Source: an uncultured Candidatus Saccharibacteria bacterium
GTDB taxonomy: Bacteria; Patescibacteriota; Minisyncoccia; Phycocordibacterales; UBA9973
Length of the DNA: 64,000 bases
Direction: 5' to 3'
NCBI GenBank assembly: GCA_964634365.1
Contig: CAZWJU010000003.1
Coordinates: 36,890 to 100,889, forward strand
Of the stretch, positions 59,232-64,000 are shown piece after piece. The stretch's first letter is position 1, and each line of letters opens with the position of its first letter. The notes under the pieces are model-generated. The model saw nothing but the letters and a program-made list of their open reading frames with translations. It searched no databases and was not told where the DNA came from. A program made the position numbers and the translations under genes.

Positions 59232-60074
59232 TTATATCCTGCGCAAAACTACCAGAGTAGTGTCGTCTTTCAATAATCCGTGGGCAATACGTGGATGTTT
59301 GTACCCAGTATCAATAACAGCCCTCTCACGATTCATTAAAGCTAACCTACCTCTGATTGCATCAGAATTTTTGAAGAAAATATCCTCTTCCCAAAATTGA
59401 GAGATTGGCCCAACAAGTTTTTCTTGACCAGGCAATCTTTCATTTTCTGAAGAAAGTACATATCTGAGACCATCGCTTGCAATAAGAATACTGTTTATCT
59501 TATCTGTATCGTATTCTAAGACTTTAAATTCTAAGTCGTTTTCTAAAGACAGGGAACTATTTGTCAGAACAAGAGCAGGATAAGGTGGGGCATTATTTTT
59601 AAATGGACCCCAAACAGTGAGCGTGTCGTTTACCGAAGTATAACCATCACCTATTACAAATATATAAGTCTTGGTTTTTGTAACCATAAAACCAATAAGT
59701 GTAAAAGAGAAAAAGTCTCTTACTGTAGACGACATACTACTACTCATACTTAAAGCAAGTACGCGGATATGAGATAAAACATCTTCTCGAACCCTTCTAA
59801 AGAAGGCGGGTTCAGAGTTACCAATTGAGATTGGAAGATATCTTTTGTATTGAGTAATTATTGCATGCAAAAGCAAGTTTACACCTATGTGCGCACCTAC
59901 TTCACTTGCATGCGCCTCAACACTTCCACACCCATCAGCAATTATGCCAATTGAAACATCTTCGTCAGCGTATGTCACATATGCATCTTGATTGTTTTTC
60001 CAGCCAGGACGCCCTGGCATAGTGTGATCTGTACCTGGTACAGACCCCGCTCCAATACAAAATTGTTTTTTCAT
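59232..60074 (-). CDS. PP2C-family Ser/Thr protein phosphatase
   Basis: GTDHTMPGRPGWKNNQDAY, IADGCGS metal-binding Asp motifs, C-terminal DG…DD. Confidence 0.7.
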   Translation of the reverse strand: MKKQFCIGAGSVPGTDHTMPGRPGWKNNQDAYVTYADEDVSIGIIADGCGSVEAHASEVGAHIGVNLLLHAIITQYKRYLPISIGNSEPAFFRRVREDVLSHIRVLALSMSSSMSSTVRDFFSFTLIGFMVTKTKTYIFVIGDGYTSVNDTLTVWGPFKNNAPPYPALVLTNSSLSLENDLEFKVLEYDTDKINSILIASDGLRYVLSSENERLPGQEKLVGPISQFWEEDIFFKNSDAIRGRLALMNRERAVIDTGYKHPRIAHGLLKDDTTLVVLRRI

Positions 60075-60254
60075 GAATTTCGTTTTTAGTCTTTATATTC
60101 AATGTTTTCAAAGATCTTTTTTAGTGTTTTTTATACACTATACTTAGTGTATATTATACACATACAAAAAGCAAGCCCTTTGTGGATAACTAAATATCCC
60201 CCACTCAAAACCCATCTGTCGCAAAAAAATACCAAAAATGATATAAATTAAATT

Positions 60255-60965
60255 ATGAAAAACACAAATCAACTGGTTGTCGGCATAGGAGAGGTCGGTA
60301 GTGCTATATCTTTTATATTAAAATCTGATAAACATGATCCTTTCAAAGGAATACAAGCACCGAAAAAGCAGTACGATGTCTTACATATCTGTATACCTTT
60401 CAATTCAAAATTTATAGATGGTGTTAAAAAATACCAAAAAGAATTTAAACCAAAATTCATAGTAATCCACTCCACTGTACCAATCGGAACTTCTAGATCT
60501 CTCGGCGCTACGCACTCACCTGTTCGCGGAGTACACCCTCACATGGTAAAAGGCATAAAAACTTTTGTAAAATTCTTTGGAGGTAAAAACGCAAAAGAAG
60601 CAGCGCAAATATTTGAAAAATGTGGAGTAAAAACACAAATCACTCCAAATTCTGAAACAACAGAAGCCCTAAAGCTTTGGGATACAACACAATACGGCAT
60701 AATGATCACTTTGCAAAAAGAAATCTACGATTATTGCAAGAAGAATAAAATTGATTTTGATATTGTCTATACACTCGGAAACTCTACTTATAACGAAGGG
60801 TACCGAAAACTTGGCAGACCAGAAGTTGCTCGTCCATTCCTAAAACATATGGATGGGCCTATTGGTGGACACTGTGTAATTCCAAACGCTCACTTGATAG
60901 ATTCACCTAGTGCACGCGAACTAATAAAGAAAAATAAAGGCTACGCAAAAAAGAAAACCGCATAA
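60255..60965 (+). CDS. NAD-binding Rossmann protein resembling the N-terminal half of UDP-glucose/GDP-mannose dehydrogenases
   Basis: VVGIGEVGSAI (GxGxxG), IHSTVPIGT and GGHCVIP resemble UDPGDH motifs. Only 236 aa. Confidence 0.4.
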   Translation: MKNTNQLVVGIGEVGSAISFILKSDKHDPFKGIQAPKKQYDVLHICIPFNSKFIDGVKKYQKEFKPKFIVIHSTVPIGTSRSLGATHSPVRGVHPHMVKGIKTFVKFFGGKNAKEAAQIFEKCGVKTQITPNSETTEALKLWDTTQYGIMITLQKEIYDYCKKNKIDFDIVYTLGNSTYNEGYRKLGRPEVARPFLKHMDGPIGGHCVIPNAHLIDSPSARELIKKNKGYAKKKTA

Positions 60966-60978
60966 ATGCGGTTTTTTT
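60954..60978. terminator. Bidirectional terminator aaaaccgcataaatgcggttttttt
   Basis: Hairpin plus T-run. Confidence 0.7.
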
Positions 60979-60979
60979 G

Positions 60980-61690
60980 TTAATTGTCATGCTTTCCATG
61001 AAATCCACTGCCGAGAGCACTAAATAAGTGATTTATTATTAACTCCCCACTCATATAATAATCATCTGTAGTAAAACTACTCCAAGGTTCATGCTCTGGC
61101 TCACACCTTGTATGTTTTACAGTAGTAGATTTTGTAAATGAGTCTAATGTGCTCATATCTCTCACTTCAATTGTAAACCAATATGAATACCTATCTGAAC
61201 TTACATATCCTAAGTTTACCACTCCATCATTTCCGATAGAGATATTGAGTGCCCATGGATACTTGCTCATAGAAAAAGATTTTTTATACTTCAAGACAGA
61301 CCGGACACTTTCCAACAAGTCAGAATACGGAACTTTTTTATAGTCTTTGCTCATGCCCATAAAAACGTCTTCTATTTCATGAGATAAATCCATGTTGCGT
61401 ATTTCGTTCTCTGCCTTTAATCTAAAACTCTCTTCTTCTTGCTGTTCTTCTTTTTTGCGGTCACCTCTTTCTTTGACCTCAGCTTCATTTACAACTTTAT
61501 AGCGTGCTTCAATTTCCTTTTCAATCTTTTTGATTTGTTTTTCAAGTAAATTGAATTTTTTTGTATCATTTTTGGATAAGGCTACGATCTTATCGTTTTC
61601 TTTGACCTGAATACTTCTTTGAAGTTTTTCTATTTTTTCGTCGTACATAACTGTATATTTTTTTGTTAAAGAATTTGTTTCTTCACACAA
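60980..61690 (-). CDS. Hypothetical protein with N-terminal coiled coil
   Basis: K/E-rich heptads; no domain. Confidence 0.4.
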   Translation of the reverse strand: MCEETNSLTKKYTVMYDEKIEKLQRSIQVKENDKIVALSKNDTKKFNLLEKQIKKIEKEIEARYKVVNEAEVKERGDRKKEEQQEEESFRLKAENEIRNMDLSHEIEDVFMGMSKDYKKVPYSDLLESVRSVLKYKKSFSMSKYPWALNISIGNDGVVNLGYVSSDRYSYWFTIEVRDMSTLDSFTKSTTVKHTRCEPEHEPWSSFTTDDYYMSGELIINHLFSALGSGFHGKHDN

Positions 61691-61744
61691 TTTACTCCTG
61701 AACCAAATTTATACAAGCATGTATACTAACCGTTAGACAAAACC

Positions 61745-61780
61745 AAAAAAGCGACCTCCGTAGAGGTCGCTTTTTTGGTT
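61745..61780. terminator. Terminator aaaaaagcgacctccgtagaggtcgcttttttgg
   Basis: Perfect hairpin plus T-run. Confidence 0.65.
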
Positions 61781-61787
61781 TTGTCTT

Positions 61788-62159
61788 CTAGTACCAAGAC
61801 TCCAGCCACCCTTGCATCATTTCTATTTCGCCTGTTTGAGCTTCGATTATATTCCCCGCTAAATCTATCAATTCAGGGCGCTTTGAAGTGGAGAGTACGA
61901 GCTCTGCCATATCTATCGCTCCCTGATGGTGCACAATCATCTCTTCTAAAAACTCCTGATCAAATTCATCTCCGGTCTTACCAACAAGACCTGCATTCAT
62001 CTCATTCATCATATGATCCATATCCATCATCACTTCTCCGCCAGGCATTCTGTGTACTCCGTTTGTAAGAGATCTGTTACCCATAGTATCTGAACCCCAC
62101 ACGAGCCAGCCTACAAATATTCCAATTGCCAAGAAACCAACGCTAAAATAATTCTTCAT
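61788..62159 (-). CDS. DUF305-family (four-helix, His-rich metal-binding) secreted protein
   Basis: Signal/TM followed by EFLEEMIVHHQGAIDMAE, the DUF305 motif. Confidence 0.65.
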   Translation of the reverse strand: MKNYFSVGFLAIGIFVGWLVWGSDTMGNRSLTNGVHRMPGGEVMMDMDHMMNEMNAGLVGKTGDEFDQEFLEEMIVHHQGAIDMAELVLSTSKRPELIDLAGNIIEAQTGEIEMMQGWLESWY

Positions 62160-62168
62160 ATTTTTAAA

Positions 62169-62534
62169 TTAATTTTTATCAGATTTATAAATATAAAATA
62201 GTGCAAGTGGTGCAGCCCAGTTTGCCCATCTCTCTATGAAATCCCAGATTGGTTCTCCGACAATCGGTCGCAATAGTGCTGTCCAAAGTCCCCACAATGC
62301 CATCCAAAGCAATACTGGTCTAATAGGTTTAATTAGCACCAATACACCCAAGACCACATCCAAGACACCTACGGCGAGCATAATACTTGTAGCTACTCCA
62401 ACTTCTACACCAAGCACTTGCTGTGTCCAAGCTATCCACTGAGCCTTACCCTGTAGAGCAAAAACACCATGACCAATAAACTCTCCAGCGACACCAATTC
62501 TCAAGATCCATTCTATTTTCTTTTGATTGTTCAT
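62169..62534 (-). CDS. Small polytopic membrane protein (DoxX-like topology)
   Basis: Three to four TM helices. Confidence 0.4.
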   Translation of the reverse strand: MNNQKKIEWILRIGVAGEFIGHGVFALQGKAQWIAWTQQVLGVEVGVATSIMLAVGVLDVVLGVLVLIKPIRPVLLWMALWGLWTALLRPIVGEPIWDFIERWANWAAPLALFYIYKSDKN

Positions 62535-62596
62535 AAAAAATAAAAGTTATTTTTAATAACCTAATTATACCACCACAGCATTATTGGTATATATAG

Positions 62597-63178
62597 TTAT
62601 GAACTTATTTTAGGATTGATTGGATAGGTAAAATCACTTGGCTCGGTTTTGATTATCAAAGCCGGCTTTAGTGACTCGTGAGAGACAAATTGTTCTTCTT
62701 CTGTATTTTCACTGACGGGGACGAAATCTTCTTTTCTAAATAAATACAAATATCCATTGTCCATAACACTACTCAAATCTTGATCTGCAGAAAAATATGG
62801 CACTCTTTTTCCATCTATAAATTTCACTCCAGCACCCCAGTGTATAGTTTTTTTCTGCTCATGTATCTTTTCTCCTGACACAATACTCATATATATAGCA
62901 ATCGCAGGCTCGTCTGTAGCGTATATGGCAAAATGTTCATTTTCTGGAACACCTCTGTCATCTTGAGCTTTTTGCGGCTTAGCTACTTCGAAAAGTTTTG
63001 GTGACCCATGAACAACAAAACCAAGATATATTATATTTTTTAAAAGACTCTCAAGATTTTTTCCTTCTATAAAATTAGAAATTTCATTTCTTTCCACAAC
63101 AGAACCATCGCTGTGTTTTGCAATTAATTCTTGTAAAAAAGACTGGGTTTCTTTTTTCTCGTTTTTCAGTATTTCCAT
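62597..63178 (-). CDS. Hypothetical protein
   Basis: No motif recognised. Confidence 0.4.
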   Translation of the reverse strand: MEILKNEKKETQSFLQELIAKHSDGSVVERNEISNFIEGKNLESLLKNIIYLGFVVHGSPKLFEVAKPQKAQDDRGVPENEHFAIYATDEPAIAIYMSIVSGEKIHEQKKTIHWGAGVKFIDGKRVPYFSADQDLSSVMDNGYLYLFRKEDFVPVSENTEEEQFVSHESLKPALIIKTEPSDFTYPINPKISS

Positions 63179-63221
63179 ATTTTAGATTATAGCAAAAATC
63201 CCTTTCGGGATTTTTTTGTAT

Positions 63222-63297
63222 TGGGGAGGCTATCGGGAATCGAACCCGAATCGAAGGTTCCACAAACCTCAGTGTTAACCGTTACACCATAGCCTCC
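63222..63297 (-). tRNA. tRNA-His (anticodon GUG) with genomically encoded G-1 and 3' CCA
   Basis: Hand-folded on the minus strand: G-1, acceptor GAGGCTA/TAGCCTC, D-arm GTGT-AACGGTTA-ACAC, anticodon arm GAGGT-TTGTGGA-ACCTT (GTG), T-arm TCGGG-TTCGATT-CCCGA, discriminator C, CCA. Confidence 0.85.
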
Positions 63298-63349
63298 ATA
63301 AACACCTGGTGATTAAACCATATTTACACTTATTTTTCAAGGAGAAAAT

Positions 63350-63901
63350 CTATTTATATGACGGATTAATTTCTTCTACCCCAGCTTGATGATTTGCCAA
63401 ACGAGCGAGAGCATAAAATAGACTCGATAGCCTGTTTACATAGGCACAAGTATTTGGACTTATGTTGATAGAATTTTCTTTGGCTCTTAGTACAGATCTT
63501 TCAGCCCGTCTTGTGATAGTGCGTGCCAAATCTGAAAATGCCGCCATCTCTGTACCACCAGATATAAAAAATGTTTTTATTGGGGGCATCATAGCTTCAA
63601 TATCAGAAATTATTTCTTCACACTTTTTTAATTTATCTTCTCCTATGCTCATATCAGAACCCGCCAATTCTGCTTGCACCATAAACAAATTTTCTTGGAC
63701 TTCGTGAATAATCTTTTCTACTGAGATATTATCTTTTATATAAAAATCTTTGGATTTTACTTTCAATATTCCCAAAAAAGAATTTAGTTCGTCTACGGTA
63801 CCAAGTGCCTCAAAAACTGAATGTGTTTTAGAAAGTCTCTCCCCGCTTGGAGTTGTAAAAAGCTTACTTGTTCCATTGTCACCTTTCCCAGTATAGAGCA
63901 T
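63350..63901 (-). CDS. ATP:cob(I)alamin adenosyltransferase, PduO-type (MMAB-like)
   Basis: MLYTGKGDNGTSKLF… with the conserved DNGTS/helical-bundle pattern of PduO-type adenosyltransferases. Confidence 0.65.
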   Translation of the reverse strand: MLYTGKGDNGTSKLFTTPSGERLSKTHSVFEALGTVDELNSFLGILKVKSKDFYIKDNISVEKIIHEVQENLFMVQAELAGSDMSIGEDKLKKCEEIISDIEAMMPPIKTFFISGGTEMAAFSDLARTITRRAERSVLRAKENSINISPNTCAYVNRLSSLFYALARLANHQAGVEEINPSYK

Positions 63902-64000
63902 TATATTTCTTGTTTATTCTTCTTGATTAAAAAGTGTTCAAATAGCTGACTTCCTATTATTGCAACACACAGAAGTAGAATATAACCTAAAAATAAATCT
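63901..64000 (-). CDS. 3' end of a membrane-protein gene truncated by the window edge
   Basis: Reading frame …DLFLGYILLLCVAIIGSQLFEHFLIKKNKQEI* ends at 63901, where its stop overlaps the next start. Confidence 0.3.
   Translation of the reverse strand, partial: DLFLGYILLLCVAIIGSQLFEHFLIKKNKQEI

Noticed and set aside
1-64000. CRISPR array formed by the many aaaacccgc…gcgggtttt elements
   Set aside because: They are single hairpins at gene ends with irregular spacing of several kb. Their loops vary. There are no tandem repeat-spacer units and no cas genes. They are a family of intrinsic terminators.
1-64000. Alternative genetic code (UGA recoding, as in some CPR lineages)
   Set aside because: Long conserved genes (ileS 1156 aa, ftsK, glyQS, argS) are intact under the standard code with no in-frame TGA.

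Overview
This is an AT-rich (about 36% GC) bacterial window that reads under the standard genetic code. Genes are densely packed, mostly on the minus strand, and nearly every transcription unit ends in a hairpin of the form aaaacccgc-NNNN-gcgggtttt. The content resembles a small-genome, Patescibacteria/CPR-like organism. Most of the window is housekeeping: ftsK, recA, efp, an ABC exporter, rpsF-ssb-rpsR (with a four-helix-bundle gene inserted), tatD, metG, an M16 peptidase, glyQS, recO, ileS, argS, thymidylate kinase (tmk)-like, glyA, folA, rplK, nusG, secE, FKBP, bcp, a LOG-family protein, an FtsEX-like ABC pair with an M23 peptidase, a tRNA-His(GUG) with encoded G-1 and CCA, and a PduO-type adenosyltransferase. 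Six things stand out. (1) ileS sits behind a T-box leader, carries an inserted histidine-phosphatase (PGAM-type, RHG) domain, and heads a four-gene operon with a tRNA-binding protein and two hydrolases. (2) A dTMP-synthesis neighbourhood (dCTP-deaminase family, glyA, tmk-like, folA) contains a double-length ThyX-like protein whose catalytic RHR motif is replaced. (3) There is a PP2C phosphatase, kinase-like, cysteine-hydrolase, vWA operon. (4) An ATP-cone domain fused to an Mrr-like nuclease overlaps the start of the LOG gene. (5) A 556-bp non-coding palindrome-rich region with its own minus-strand terminator lies upstream of a large surface protein. (6) The metG 5' end is partially duplicated together with a long hairpin. 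No CRISPR array, rRNA or obvious transposase was seen.
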